Shown here piece by piece: positions 47,001-62,000 of a stretch of 64,000 nt of DNA; positions within the stretch are counted from its first letter, which is position 1; every line of letters starts with the position of its first letter. Source of the DNA: Candidatus Omnitrophota bacterium (lineage in GTDB: Bacteria > Omnitrophota > Gorgyraeia > B26-G9). The notes under the pieces are model-generated. The model did not search any database. It was not told where the DNA came from and worked only from the letters and a program-made list of their open reading frames with translations. The translations under genes and the position numbers were made by a program. The DNA lies in assembly GCA_043805415.1 (NCBI GenBank), contig JAZDHZ010000007.1:93786-157785 (forward strand), in the 5' to 3' direction.

Positions 47001-50000
47001 CATTTTCTTGGATATCTGGAACTTGATTCTGCCATCAGGATAATACAATGTTCGTACTTGAGCCAGCTTATCTTTGCGCATATCTTCGATATCATAAACC
47101 ATAGTCGCGTCAGGACGTAAGAAAAGATTTTTTGAATTAGCCCGAGGTTTAAATTTAGCTTTAAAGTCTTTAACTATCTGTTCTGTTGATAAACCGCTTT
47201 GCATTAAAGCTGGATTAAAATCAAAGGTATTGCTGCCCTGTGATAATCCCATATTTTTCTCTTTAAGATACTCAAGAAAAGTTACATATGTTTTTTCAAG
47301 CTCCATCAGCTTAATTTTGTCCTCGGGTCCTGACTGATAAGTACGGTCAACATAACCGTTAAATATGATTTCAAGCTCGCCTTTATTATTCTTGATTTCC
47401 ATCCACATCTGAAGCACTTTCGGGATATCCGCTGCATTAGCATCCTTAGGAGCAACAGCAATTGTCGCTGTCCGTTCCCTCATGCCTTTATCAAGCAGTG
47501 TGATAAATGCTTTATCTTTAGCATTGGAAGGATCTAATTGAATCTTCATTTTTCCCTCAAGACCAGCAAAGAAAGCAACCACATCCGCATCATCTTTAAA
47601 CCCGCCTGTCTTATATTTCTCATCAATCATCTTATCAACAATATCTTCCGCAGTACCCTGTTCCGTGCTTGTTATATCAATTAATTCTTTTATTAGATTT
47701 GCTCTGGATGCCGGCAAACGGAACAATACCCACGAATCTTCAAACTTTCGCTCCATCTTATCGGCTTTTGATTCATTTATTCCTAAGGCAGCGTTTTTGT
47801 CTTCAGGAACAAGTGTCTTTATAACCGCATAATCAACAGCGCCTGTTTTTCTGGCAAGATTAATTGCTTTTGAATAGTTAAACAATGTCCAGCCTTGTTC
47901 AGTTAAAAAAGCTGTTGTAACATCAGCAATTCCAAATTTACCATAATCAGTATCAAATCTTGCCCGCAATTGCATTATGCCTTTAAAAACTTTTTTAGCA
48001 TCCCAATATCCCCAGATATGATTTATAACTCTTCCCAATCTATCCTTTGTTTTGCGATAATGCACATCTGCTTTTGAGAAAACCTTATCGCCATCTCTAG
48101 TGAATTCTGATTTCCAATACTCGATTCCTTCATATTGTATACTGCCTTGCTTATCAAGATACCTATCTATGGAGGTCAGATGGTCAGCATACAATGCCTC
48201 TTTTGCTTTAGCTTCATCACTGTATCGTTTAAGCCATTTAGCTTGCTCTTTTTCACTTAGCTTATCCCAGAATTCCTGCTTTTTCTTAGCTTTAAACAAA
48301 GTTTCTTTTGCCGCAGCTTCATCACCTTTAGACTCTTCAAGTAATTTGTTTCTGTCTTCAATACTAATCGTATCCCAAATTGCTTCTTTTTCAATCTCAA
48401 TAAGCATTGACCTGCTGACTTTTTCCTCAAATAATCCGCTGCACATACCAGCAAGCTGATCCTGAGTAAAAGCCTTAAGATTAAACTGATCTTTCTTTTT
48501 ACTAGCTGCTATTATATCTTCAGCTATATATGCCGGTGAGATAAACCTGAGGATTTCTTTTTGATCGCTGTAATCTGATTTCAGAATACCCAGAACAGCT
48601 TTATGGAAATTATCAGCAACAATAGCTTCGCCGCCAGCAGCAGTTATTGCCGCGTTAAAAGCAGCGAGTTTTTCACCACTTAAAGTTTCCCTGTATACAT
48701 TTAAAGCCGCCCTTGCTTTGTCAAAAGTTGTTTCACCTAAACTCTTAAGAATGTCCGCGTTAGAGCGGAAGAAGAAAGACTCTCCTCTATTGGCAATACC
48801 AGCCGCATCCAGATCATCATCTTCAAAATAAGAAAATGACATTATATTTCTTTTGAAAGATTCGTACCTTAACGCCTTTTCCGACGTCAATAAACCATCA
48901 AATAAGATAATAATTCTGCCTTTATTATCTTTTACTTCCTGATAATCAAGGTTTCTCTTTCGTTGGTGCATATGGTAAATAACATTTCCTCTTTTATCTA
49001 TAAATTCCAAGTCTGATTTAGGCACATTTGACCCGGAATTAAACGGCGCGATCTGTGATTCTGTGATTAATGATTCTCCCTGATCAAATTCATGATTGAT
49101 ATTATAAGCAAAGTATTCTAAAAGCACATCAGTCACGGCAATTGTCAGCGCCTTCTTATCAGCTTTCAAGTTTGAAAGCTTCTCAAGTCCCGCGATTATT
49201 TTTTTGGCGTGATATTTCCCCTGTGTATAGTTTTCTAATTTAGCTTCAATCAGCTTAGCATCAGTTCCGCTGTTAATTATAATATCCACGATTTCAGGAG
49301 CAAGCTGATTAAAATCAATTTCTTGTTTTTTGTTTTCCTTGTTATCAAAATAAAAATATGATTGAGAATTAAAAGCAAGACCTAAAGCTCCTAGATTCTC
49401 CTTGTATTCATCAGGCCAGTCATAATTTAATTTAGAAACCCAAACCCAAATAAAATTACCATTAAATTCATATCCTGAATATTTAACCCGGATATTGCCC
49501 TTATTATCCTTTAAACCTTGCCATAACAGTTTACTCTTAGCATCATAGATTAAGGCCTTTACATATCCAGCATCATTAAGGTAATCAGTTTCTTTAAAAA
49601 CCTGCATGATAATATTTCTAAAATCATTATCTTTTAAACCTTTAAGCTTAAGCTTATTTAACTCTTCCGCAATGCTCTGAGCAGTAATAAACGCGTTTTC
49701 ATTGATTAATTTTTCTGTTGCCCGGATAATTGATTCATGTAAAGTTTTAAGTGTTTCAGCGTCAACAGTTAGTTTTAGTTTTTCTAATATTGGACTTAGC
49801 TGCTGCATCTTTAAATTAAGCAAACTACTAACTTTAAACTCATCTAAATTTTTATATTCATTGGTATCAAATTTCTGTAATATTGATAATGCCAGTAATT
49901 TATTTTCGCCTTGTTCCAATAAATTCATATCAGGATTAATCCCATAGTCATAATTCTTATCATATAAATACGTGCTGCCCAAAGTAGCTATATCAAATTT

Positions 50001-53000
50001 CCCCAAACGCTGCATCGCGCTTCTGATTTCAATACGCATCAGTTCTGGGTCTGTAATCCCCAGAGTTTTCCAGGCTTTGGCCATCTTTCCGGCAATAAAA
50101 TCAAATAGTCTAGGGTCATCATCATAATAGAATCTGGTTGATTTTTGCGGCACAAATATTCCATCTATTTTTTTACCGTCAATAGAAACAAGTACGCGGC
50201 CATGAGCATCTTTCACTTCTTGCCAAACAAGCAGAGTTCTCTTATTATCCAGCTCAACAATCATCTCGCCTCTATTGTTGAAATAATCGCTCAACTGTGT
50301 TCCCGCTTTGCCTTTATGCGGCTTCAGTACAGAAACTGAAACCGGCATGGCTGGTTCTTCTTTTGTGGTTTTATCAAGCAAATAAGTTTCACCGGACATG
50401 GCAAACCCAACCCGGCCCAGATCATTCATAACCTTTTCATTTACGCCTAATTCACCGAACTTATCCTGCTGATAAACATAATGGTATTTTGTTACTTTTA
50501 TCGGATAGTATTTATTGTCTTTGCCCTTCTCATAATCATATACTTTAATCGGACGCCCAAAATTATCTTTTATTTCTTCCCAGGTAAGCTGCTGTTTAAG
50601 ACGGACATTCTGTATCGAGATATTTCCCTCTTTACTGAAATAGTCTTCCACTTTAATAAGTTTGCTTGCCTTAACAATCTCGGTAAGCTCCGCTTGTGTG
50701 ATTTTAACTTGATATTTAGTCCCTAATAATTCTGTTAATGCTTTAACCGCTTCAAGAAATTTCTGCTCATCAGATTGTTCCAAAGCAGATACTTTATTTT
50801 GAATATCCCTTAATAACTCTTTATTCTCGGGAGCTAACTTTAATCCCGCGATAATCTTGCCGGCTAGTGTTTCCATGGTATTTAATGTTGAAAAAGCAAG
50901 TACTTCTGTATCCTCTTTAGTATCTTGATCATAAAGAAAAGTAAAACCATACAAAGCAATATTCCGGCGGCCAAGCTCATCCATTATTTCCTGGGATTTA
51001 CCTTCTTGAAGCTTGGGCAGCTTCTTTTCCCAAGCATCAAGAGCTGCTTTAAGTTCAGGATGCGCCTTGCGATAGTTATTAAAGCTTTCATAATCATAAA
51101 AATAATATGTTTTCTGATTCCTGAAAAATTCGCCGTTTTTCACAACTCCATCAAATTTAACCTGTATTTTTCCTGTGCTGTCTATCTGTTCCTCCCAATG
51201 GAGATTATTTAAAACATTTTTCATTTCCACAAGCACTTCGCCGTTATTATCGATATAAACATCGCGCGTCTTTTCCCGGCCCTGGACATCTCGGTAAGTT
51301 TCCTTCCTGTGTTTTTTAATCCGGGAAACCGACATCAGCGCGGTTTGCTCGTTCTTCTCCTGGTCATAAATATAGGTAGCGCCAATAAGCCCTACTCCAA
51401 ATTTTCCGTAGCGGTTCAGGTCGCTGACGAAACTATCATTAAACATATCCTGTCCGGATTTTATATATTCATCAACAACCGCTTTAATATCCGCGTCTTT
51501 GCCTGCTTTTTTCCGATAAGTTTCCAGGGTTTTCTTAAATTTGTCGCTCAGGATATCCCAGCCTAATTTTTCATATTCAATAATCAGCTGCCTGTAAAGT
51601 TCCGGGTTTTCTTTGCTAAATTGCTGAATTTGCTGCAAGCTGTAGAAAAAGCGTGAGGCCTGCGCCTTTTCAAAAACTTTTGTCTGCACATCAAGTTTGC
51701 CCAGGTACCGGATTATTGTTCTTCCCAGATTATCAATAAGGTCCTGACGGGTCATCCGCTGGTTAGCATTGGTCATCTGAACAAGTATGTTCCCCTGGTC
51801 ATCAACATAACTCTCTTTAATTTTTTCCGTATGATCTTTCTCATCAATATAAGCCTTTTTAAATTTCACCAGGAATGAATGTCCGACTAATCCGCCGGTT
51901 TTACCGGTTTTAGCATCGTAAGTATGGGTTTCTCCAATCATCGAAACACCATAAAGCCCGAGAATATCCATGTCCAGAGCAAAACGCGCTTCAATCCCGT
52001 ACTTTTCAGCAAGGTCTTTCTCATATTTGTAGTGGAATGTCGTTACTTTTTCAGGAATAACTCTTCCGGTTTGTTTATTGAATTTTCCGCTGTATTTAAT
52101 TTTTACGCGGCCATTACCGTCAATCACCTGCTCGCTGATTTCTTTCTTTTGCGCGTCTTTATTTAAGACCTGAACATTGCCGTCTTTGGTTAAATATTTG
52201 CCGTTCGCGTCTGCTTTTACCACTGAACCAGCGACCAAATCAAAAGGCACCGCTGCTTTTTCATCAAAGCTGAAAGTCGCGCCAATAAGCGCGATGTCAA
52301 TTTTCCCCTGACGATTTAACTCTGCCAGCAATTTCTCATCTTCTATATTGATATTTAAAGTGCTTAGTTCATCCTTAAGCTTTTTATAAGCATCCGGGAA
52401 TCTCTTCTTAAATTGATTCAACTGGTTAACACTATAAAAAGAGTGGGAAACTTTTTCCCGCACAAACTGCTTTGTCTGAGCGTCAATATGCCCGTAATAA
52501 TCTACTGTCTTTCTTCCCAGATTGTCGACTAATTGCTGCCATACCAGCTTTTGCTTAGGAGCATACATCTGCAGCAATACATTACCTTCATTGTCAAAAT
52601 AACGTCCGTCTTTAAACGGCTGGGCAACAGACCTTCCCACTGGTTCATCACTTACTCTTATTCCCCGGCCATTTTCAAACTTATACAAATAAGTTTCACC
52701 GACCATGGCTACACCCTGCAATCCCAAAGTGTCCATTGTATCGGGATCAACACCAAAAGCATCAAACTGCTTCCGCAGTTCCCTGGACTTGGCATCTTCT
52801 CCGCCGGGATATTCATAGTAAAAGGTGGTTTCTTTTTCCACGTTAAAACTCATACCTGTTTGTGAATCGCGGGCATCAATCTCAAAGGGCTTGTTTTGTC
52901 CATAGGGGATTACCTGCAGCCGGTTTTCTTTACCAGTAGCTTCTCCCATGCTCCCATCATACTTTTTAATCAAGCGGCCGTATTGGTCACGCACTTCCAG

Positions 53001-56000
53001 AAAACGTTTATTTCTTTCGTGGTCAATAACCAGTTTTGTTGACCATTTGGAATGTTTATCCCAGTAAACCGTATTTCCTTTATCTTTATCCGCAAGCGGC
53101 AGCACCTTTGAACTAAGCACAGGCTTATCTTTATCCCAGCGCGGTTTTTCCAATGTGCCGGTATTTACATAGGTTTTACTTTCCTGCTCTCTGCCCCATT
53201 GGTCAAATTTAATTCTGGTAACATATTTTTCATTAAAAGTCATTACCGGCAGCTCATAATCTTTATATACTTCATAAGTTACCGCTTTAGAATCCGGATC
53301 AATAACTTTTTTAATAAGTATCGGGCTCTTTATCTTTACAACTTTTCCTTTGTTTTCTTTGCTAACTCCTGCCGGATCCTCAAGGTTTTCATCATAAGAA
53401 ACTGTTTCAGTTCTTTTCAGTTCTTTTCCTAATTCAGCATCCTTTCTCACTTCACCGGAGTTGTTAATATATACCTTGCTTTCAGACTCAAGATCATACT
53501 CATTGTATTGCATTACAACAATTTTATCTTTTGTGATTACTCGCTCAAGTAAGCCGCGTTTAAAAACCCGCATTTCCCAGTCATTAGTTCTTCCGTTTTC
53601 TTCTTCGCGTATGTATTCCCGATGGAAAGGAAATTTTAAAGTAACTGTAATATCGCGTTTTTCTCCGTTAATTTCAACTGCCTGGGAGCTTTCTTTGGGA
53701 ATATGAAATACCCAGCGGTCGCGCATAATCTTCTGCATTTGGGCAGCGTCGATCTCATCATTAGCCACCATTTGTTTTATTCTATCCAGGTAATCTCCCA
53801 ACGGGTCATAGTATTGCTTTAAACTTAATTTATCTTTTTCTATTGTCAGAGAACCAACTGATTTAAAAAAATCAAAGCAAACAGCGCTTATTTGCTGATC
53901 AGTTAAGAAACCTATTGCCAACTCCTGTTTTTGAGCAATTAATTTTTTAGCCAATAGCTGCGGATCAATAGTTTTTTCTTTCATCGCCTTAGAGACTTCG
54001 ATAAAAGCGCTTATAATTTTTGATACATTCGCGTTTGGCACTGTTTCTGATTTTACACCGGTTATTCTGGCAATGCTCTTGCGAATAGCTTCTCTCTTGC
54101 CGGAGGCTATTTCTAAAAGCCTTCCAGATTTTAAATCAGTAATAATCGCTCCGCCTTCATCTAAAGTTTTGTATTGCTCCGCGGCGTTCGCCTGCTCATT
54201 TTCTCTTTTTTCTCTTGAAACTTCTATTGCCTTAGCCGGGGCGATTAAAGTAACTGTAATTAGAGAATTGTCCTTAGCATTAAGATATTGATATACACCC
54301 TTGAATATATCCACGCTGATAAGCTTATCCGGCCCATATCCAGCAGCCTGCTGTTTTAAGCTAATAACCTGTTCTTTAGCTTGCGCGAGCTTAAGCTGTT
54401 CATCAGAACTCAGCTTTCCTGCTTTGCTTTTAAGTTCAAGCCCTATGATTTCCTGGTTTAATTCTTTAACCTGGTCTTCTAAATATTTCTTTTCAGAAAG
54501 AAAACTAAGCTTTACCCACCCTTTGTAATAAGGATGCGCTGCTTTTTTATCTTCCAGTTCTTTCTTTTCGCTGTCGCTTAGTTCTTCCCCGCGGGATTTT
54601 TTCTTTAAAAGCACAATAATTCTATCCAGGGTTTTTTCATCCGCGCTTGATGCTGTGAATGTCGTACCTTTAGTGTACTGGATGATCATTTCATTGATCT
54701 GCTGTTTTGCTGAACTTAAATTTTTCTCATCTTCTTTTGTCCAGGCAGCGGGATCAATCTTTTTCCTGGACTGGAGTAAATCAATTTTTAGCTTCTGATC
54801 AATAATCGAACTGTCAAACCCTTTTCCGCTGCTGATTCCCAAAGGAACCACGGGAATGCTTTCCGCCCTGCGGATATCAAAAGGATTAACATCGCTCATT
54901 GCCAATAAAATCCATAAAGAGTTCATACTGGCCAGGGAAACTGTATGAAAATTGCTATCCTTATATCTCTGGATCTGACCGTTTACCGCGTCCTTAGGCA
55001 AGGTGCTGTCCGGGAAAAATACCCCTAATTCAGTCCGAACCTCTAAAGGCTGGAGATTTAAGAGCAGGGTTTCTGATTTTTTCCTCTGCTCCTGGGCAAG
55101 TCCTTCCTGAAACATAGCTGTATAGAAATTTGCCATTATCTTGTGCGCTTTAGCTACATGCGCGGTCATTTCCGGGGATACTACTTCCAAGCGGCCGCCG
55201 AGGCCGGGTTTATCTGTATAGCCATAACCGGAAACCTCAACAACTTTACCCTTGTTATAATGCTTTGCTTTTATTACCTTGCGCTTTTCAAGAGAGCTCA
55301 TTATTTTTTCCGCGGAGTCTTGGCCAAAAACATAAGCATTGTCTTTATTACGTAAATTATTCAGGATTTCCGGCCCCAGCACAATAACCGCCAGAGCATT
55401 GACATCTGTCGCGTAAATATCGTCTTTTTCCCAACGCGGCTTATCCTTATCAGTTGAAGTATTCCGCATACCGCGGGAGAAAAATCCCTCTTCTTTGTTG
55501 TACACACTCGGCAGCCAGTTTAATATTTTTTCCGCCGCGTCTTTATAATCATCATTACCGGTTAAATCATAAAGCATCATGAACACGCCGAACGCGTTTA
55601 TGTTTTCTTCTGTTGATTTGCTGTCAAGCTGCGTAGGCCCTTGGCGAATGCCGCCGTCTTCATCCTGTAATTTAATCAGGAACGCGCCAAGCTTTTCCGC
55701 TAATTTCAAAGCATCTTTTCCTTTATTATCCAGTGATTCGCGGAATTCAGAAACTCCTGAAGAAGAAAACCATCCCGAATCTCCTCTTCCTTTAAATATT
55801 TGGTCTGCTTTTCCTTCTCTGCGGAAATCAGCAAGCGCTTTTGTCACCTTTTCTTTTTGGCGATCAAGTACTGCCTGCCATTTTCCCGCGGGAGCATGAC
55901 GCATTAAGTTTTTAATCAGCATCGCGGCTAGCCAGTTACTGCTGCCGGCATTATAACGGAATTCCGCGATCGGTTTTTTTGCTTCTGTAAGCAGCTGAGA

Positions 56001-59000
56001 CGGGTCAATCGCGTTGCAGACTGCTCCGTTAAAACCATCTTTTTCTCCCTCGCGGAACAACCAGGCGTTATTGAGAAAATAATCCATCCATTTATCAGCG
56101 TGGTCGTTTAAGCCGGCTCCAGACAATACCATGGATCTAAGCGCCAGATCATAAGTAAATGCCATGTTAACACTATTAGTGTCCACAGCTGAATCATATA
56201 AATGGCTGATCGGGATCCCAGTCAAAGGATGTTTAAAATTCAATGTCCCGGAAAGCATGTCCCCAGGTAATTTCTGCGCCCAGATTAACGGAGCAACCGA
56301 TTGGTTTTGCTGCTGATACCTTGAAAGCATTGATTCAAGCACAATCCCGCCGTCATAACCTTTTTTAACAATCCGGCCGCCGCCCTTATCCATTAACATC
56401 ATATACTGGTCAAAAAGGCGTACGTCTACTTCAAGTTTTTGCAGCTTGCTCTTGTAGCCTTCGTCTCCTAAAAATACAATGCCTCCGGTTTTCGCGTTTA
56501 GATAATACACGCGCCGTACTGGCTGTTCATTGTCTCCTTCGGATACTACCTCTCCGATTGGAAGTAATTTCAGTTGTTCAAATTCAGTTTGGGTGTATGT
56601 TGTTACCTTATCCATCCACCATTTTTTACTAAACGGATTCGCGCTGCTTTCCATCTCAAAGGCAAATGAACCGGATGATTTAATAAACGCTTGGGTATTT
56701 TTAAGATCAAACCAGGTCATTACCGGCAATCCGAGAAAAGAAATTCCAAAAGCGCGTCTGCGCGGAATTTCCGGCGCATAGTCAGATACCTTGGGTATTT
56801 TTAGTATTCTCAGCAGGGCTTTCGCGTCAAAAGTAATCCCGACAAAGTTAGCATAGTTTGTCAAGGTATTTCCCCAGCCTTCACGAAACGCCATCATATT
56901 CACTCCGGCGCCAAGCGCGTCGTTTCCGGTAATCGCGCCGATTACTGCCATTACATTTACTTCTCCGGTTAAACTAAAATAGCGGCTGGCTAAAATATTC
57001 CGAAAAGCATTTCCTTTTTGATTAAAAGATTCATGATTCAAACGCGCCAGGTTATCCAGGATTCCTAAGCTGAACACGGTAATGGCATAATTCCTTTGCC
57101 CCTGGACATAAGCAACAAAGCTTTTACTGGCTTCATCATCCATAGCCATGGTAAGCCAAAGATTAAGGTCGGATTTTTTATTAGCTTTTTGCTCTTCAAC
57201 ATACTTGCGGAATTGCTCGTCGGTTATAGTTAGGTTTCCGCCTGAGTCTTCCCGAGTAACTTTATCCAGTCCTTTTTCAGTTCTATTCTTTCCCGGCCCT
57301 TTGGAGAAAAACAGATAACTGGAAATAAAAGTTTCCACGGTATTCTTGCTTGGCGGACCCATCATTTTCGCGCCGCTCGGCATTTCCCAGGCAGTAAAAA
57401 GCATATCATATATTAAACGCATGCCTGCTTGCGCGAAAGGTTTGGACAGCGTCGCAATAATGTTGCCGCCGATACCCAATCCGCCCAGGACATTAAGCGG
57501 CAGCATTGCCGTTTCAAATATCATACTGCGTTTTAGTTTCTTAACGGTTTTGTGGGCGTCTCTGACCGCGATCTTGTGCATTAAAGTGCCGATAGAGACA
57601 TTAAGGATTTCTTTATTTATCGCGTTTTTGCCAAACTTGATCACATCACTTTGCGACCAGTCGCCTTTTGCTTCTTTTTCCGGATTGGTTTCCAGAACAA
57701 TTACATCATGGTCAGATCTGGCATTGACTTCCACCAGCTTTGCCTGGCGGTTATAGCTGAGAAAACGCATTCTTCTCTGCTGAAGCTGACCTTGCTCATC
57801 CTTATAAAAATAATAAACATTATCAAAGCCTTTGCTCTTTTGTGCCTGCTGCCATACTTCTAAAAGTTTTTGTTTTTTTTCAGGAGTCAATTTAGATTGT
57901 TCTAATATTTTTTGAAAGTTGGATTCAAATTCAAGAAAACGCGACTCTTTATGTTTTTGCTTTTTGAAGAACTCTGTCCAAGAAGTATCATCACCAAATA
58001 TTTGCGTTATAGCTGCCTTGAGAATAGAGCCATCATTTAGTTCTAACAACGATAATTCCTTGATTAGCTCCTCTTGACCTTTATACTTTTCTCTTATCTG
58101 ATTATTATATGTTTTTATGTAATTCTGATTCAGGTTGTCACTTTGAATATAATCTTTAACCTTAACCGAACTGCCTTCTTCCTGCTCGAAAATTGCCGCG
58201 ATATACGGACTTTGCTTCATCAGCGGATTTTTGGGAACATTGCCGGCAGCATTAAACACTCTGGCTTTTGTACCAAAGGGTTCTACCCCGGATTCATTCA
58301 GCATGTCAATTTTGTTTTTCTGCGCTTCAATATCCAGGTTGCCTAAGATATTACCCACAACTTCAACATCCAATGCCCTTGATAATCCATAGCTTTTTAC
58401 TCCGGCAAGTAATTTATCTGAGGCAAATTTGCCGTAATTCAAACGATAGGCATACTTACCGCCGGCATCCTCGCCTTCAATCCAGATATCCGGATAATTT
58501 CCTGTCTCCTGATACTCCGCGATTTCTTTCGGACGGGTTAATCTTTCTCCGCGTCCGAACTGATCTCTTTCTTCAAACTGTTTTGGGAATTTATAAAAAC
58601 GCAGCAAATGCTGGACATTACTGATATCCACCACAGAATCAAAAACAAGTTCTTTGCCTTGGCTAACCGGAATGTATGGCTGGGCTCCTTTTGCGCCTTT
58701 TTTGCCAATCCATATTTCAATGTTTTTAACATTAGAAATAGTATTATTATCCACATCCTGTTTGATTAATTCATAAAGAGTGCCTTTTTCATCATTGGAA
58801 GGAATTTCTTTATTTGTTCCTTTAACATAAAAATAAATGTTTTTCTGCTCTTTTAATTCTCCCTGCAATATAGGATTTTCCGCGATCGCGAAACGTCCTA
58901 CTTTTTCTACATTAATCAAAAGTTGGACGATTGCCTTGGCAAGGCCGCGTTCGTAATTGCGCTCCGGAGTTAAAGCAGTGGGAGAATATATTTTTCCAGG

Positions 59001-62000
59001 AGTTACTTTATCCATCAGCTCTTGGATTCGACTCGCGAACTTATCATCTGATTTAGCGGATATCACAGGAACAGCCGCTGGAGCTGCTCTTAAATTTTTT
59101 TGCTTTGGCGGTAATGGAGGAGGGCCTATTTTTTTACCGCTGTCTATGCCAGGATTCTCGCGTGCCTGCGGCGTCATTAACGCGGCAACATCTTTGTCAA
59201 TATTTAGTGTTAATTCCTTACCGATTACTATCAGCGATCCTTTGATCTTTGAATCTGGATGCTGATTATTATAAATTTCCCGCAATTTTATCCAAAGACT
59301 GGCACTGCCGAATAATTTCTGGGCCAAGCCTCTAAGTGTATCACCCTTTTCAACCACATGTTTCCACTGTTTTTGCTGGAACTCACCAGACTTGGCTTCA
59401 GGAGTAGAAACAGCTAATTGCTTTGCTTCAGGAGTTGATGTATCTAAAGAAACAACTAATTGCTTTGCTTCGGGAGTCAGTAACGCCGCGATTTCTTCAT
59501 TAATGGTTAAAATAAGGCTTTTTCCTAAAATAATCGTTGTGTCTTTGATGGGATTTTCCGGATGCTGCCGGTTGTAAATTTCTTTAAACTTTATCCGAAG
59601 ATCTTGATTGCCGAAAAATTTTTGGGCAATTTTAGAAAGAGTATCGCCTAACTTTACCTCGTGAATTATTCTCTTGCCAACTATGCCATTTACTTGTACA
59701 TTTAACTCTGCGGACTTTGTTCTTTCTTGGTTTTCTCCCTCTACTCCCCCGGCATCAGTCACTACTACTTCTTTTTTAGATATTTTTGCTTTAGCAAAAG
59801 GCCCCACAGGTGCTTGCTTATCGCTTTTTATCGTGGTTGGAGCGGTTTTGGCCAGGGCCTGAGCACGCTTCTCTTCGCTGTAATTAGCGAGCTGATGAAG
59901 ATTCGCGCCAAAAACTTTTTCCGGGTCATTAGCTTCAATGTTAAGAAAGTCCTGATAATTTTGTTCCTGATTTTTATGATTAATCTTTTTATCTGATTCG
60001 CGCATTTCAAAATGCAGATGGTCATTTATCAGATCCGCGGCATTGCCAGTCTTTCCTACCCTGGCAATCGGCGTATTCCAATTAACTTTATCCCCGATCT
60101 TTACCAGATTTTCACTATTATGCGCGGCTGTCGCATAAAAATACGTCTTACCGCCTTTGCTATTACTTACTTCGTGCCTGACAATAACCAGATTCCCATA
60201 ACCCGTACCTTCTCCGGCAAAAATAACCTCACCAGGCGCTACCGCATAGGCAATCTGGTGACTTTCTTCCCCTGTCTTGCCTGCTATCTGCGGCATATTA
60301 AAGTCAAACCCCTTGTGCTCGCGCGCACCCTTTCCTCTGGGAGCTCCGAACCCGGATACCGGGGTGGTTGTATATTTGCATTTTATCGGCAAACGGAACT
60401 GCTGCAGGAACTGCTCTAAAGGCGTGGCACTGACAATTCCCGCTAATATGTCTATTTCCGGAGTTTTGATATTAAGAGGCTGCTGCTGAGTATTGATTGA
60501 AGCCAACATAAGATCAGGCTTCATTGCCTGAGCAGCTAGGTCAGTATAATGCGCTTTGATTGCTTCCGGCAGGTTTTCTTCAAGTTTTACATTAGCAGTA
60601 TTATACGGCTTTTGCGCGTTTTGGCTATCTGATGCTGCTGCTAAAGTCGGCACAGAAGCAAGCATACTTGCTCCCATAAACGGCATAATCGAAACCTGTA
60701 AAGCTTTGGTAAGTTTTTCCGGATTTGTGGCAATACCCAATAATCTATTTAATCCCACCTTAGCCAGATTAAGCTCAACCAATAAAGCAGTGACTGCTTT
60801 TCTAAAAGCAGGACGCTGCTGAGCAGTTAAAGCCTCAGCAGGAATCTTGGCAACCATATGCTTTATTTCAGCGCTGGAGAAAAAACTGCCGTCATTGGGG
60901 CTGGAATTCTGTACCGCGGTAAGAAAAGTCCGCAGCATTTTGTCTTTTTCCGCCATGCCGTTCAGCAGATTATAAGCTAAATCAGTGGGATTGTGGGAAC
61001 TTGCTACCTCTTGTTTAAACTGATTAATAACTATACCGATATTATCGGAAAAGTCACTAAGTCCCACATTATTCAGCTGAGACTGTATCCCGGAAAAGTT
61101 TTTTAGTTTATGTTTAGCCAAAGACGAATAGTCTGTAGGGGTTTTTGAAATTTTTGATATAAACCGCTTGGAAATAAAAGTAAAACCGCCGGCCAAAGCA
61201 ATAAGCGGCAGCAGAGCAATTAACTTTGCCCCTAATATCGGAACTCCTACGGTAATCAGCGGAGCAATCCATCCGCCGACAAATAATAAGGCTAATCCCA
61301 TAATCGAACCAGTAGTAATCATAACCATTCGGGATTGAAGCGCGGAAGCGCGAGCCATTGACATAAGCGTAAATATTGTTTGCTTAGATTTTTTTGCTTT
61401 GCCGTCAAATCCAACTTCCTGCCTAGCAATTTTCCGCGCGGTAGAATATTGCGCTTTAAAAAACATTATCCCTTGTAAAGAAAATAAGCCGGTAACTAAA
61501 AGTCCAACCGCCTGAAGCAGGCTGCTGCCCTGCATCACTCCGGTACTCATAGCAATTCTAATTGAATCAAATACCTGAACTCCCAGAAGCGGAACAATGC
61601 CTAAAACAATCGCCGCGCTGGCAGCGATTCCGGCAACAAATCCCAGCAAAGGAACCCAGCCTTTAACCGCGATATTATCACTGCTGCGGGCAAATATTTT
61701 TCTGGCGATCAGCATACTCACCGCGATCGCGGACATGCCGGCAATAACCGGCAAACTAAAACTTCCGCTGGCAACAAAACCAAAAGCATACAGACCTAAA
61801 GTAACTAAAGAACCAAAAATTCCACCTTGGAAAAATCTTTTCGCGCTAGTCATCGGCAGCATGGGAGCGGATTTTAAATCTTTACGGCTGGTAAACAGCA
61901 AGAGAGTTGATGAGATTACCCCGACAACCCCCAATACTGCTGATGCCAGCAATACTGTACTTCCAATACTCCCGGTAATAAGCGTTGCTGAACCAATATA

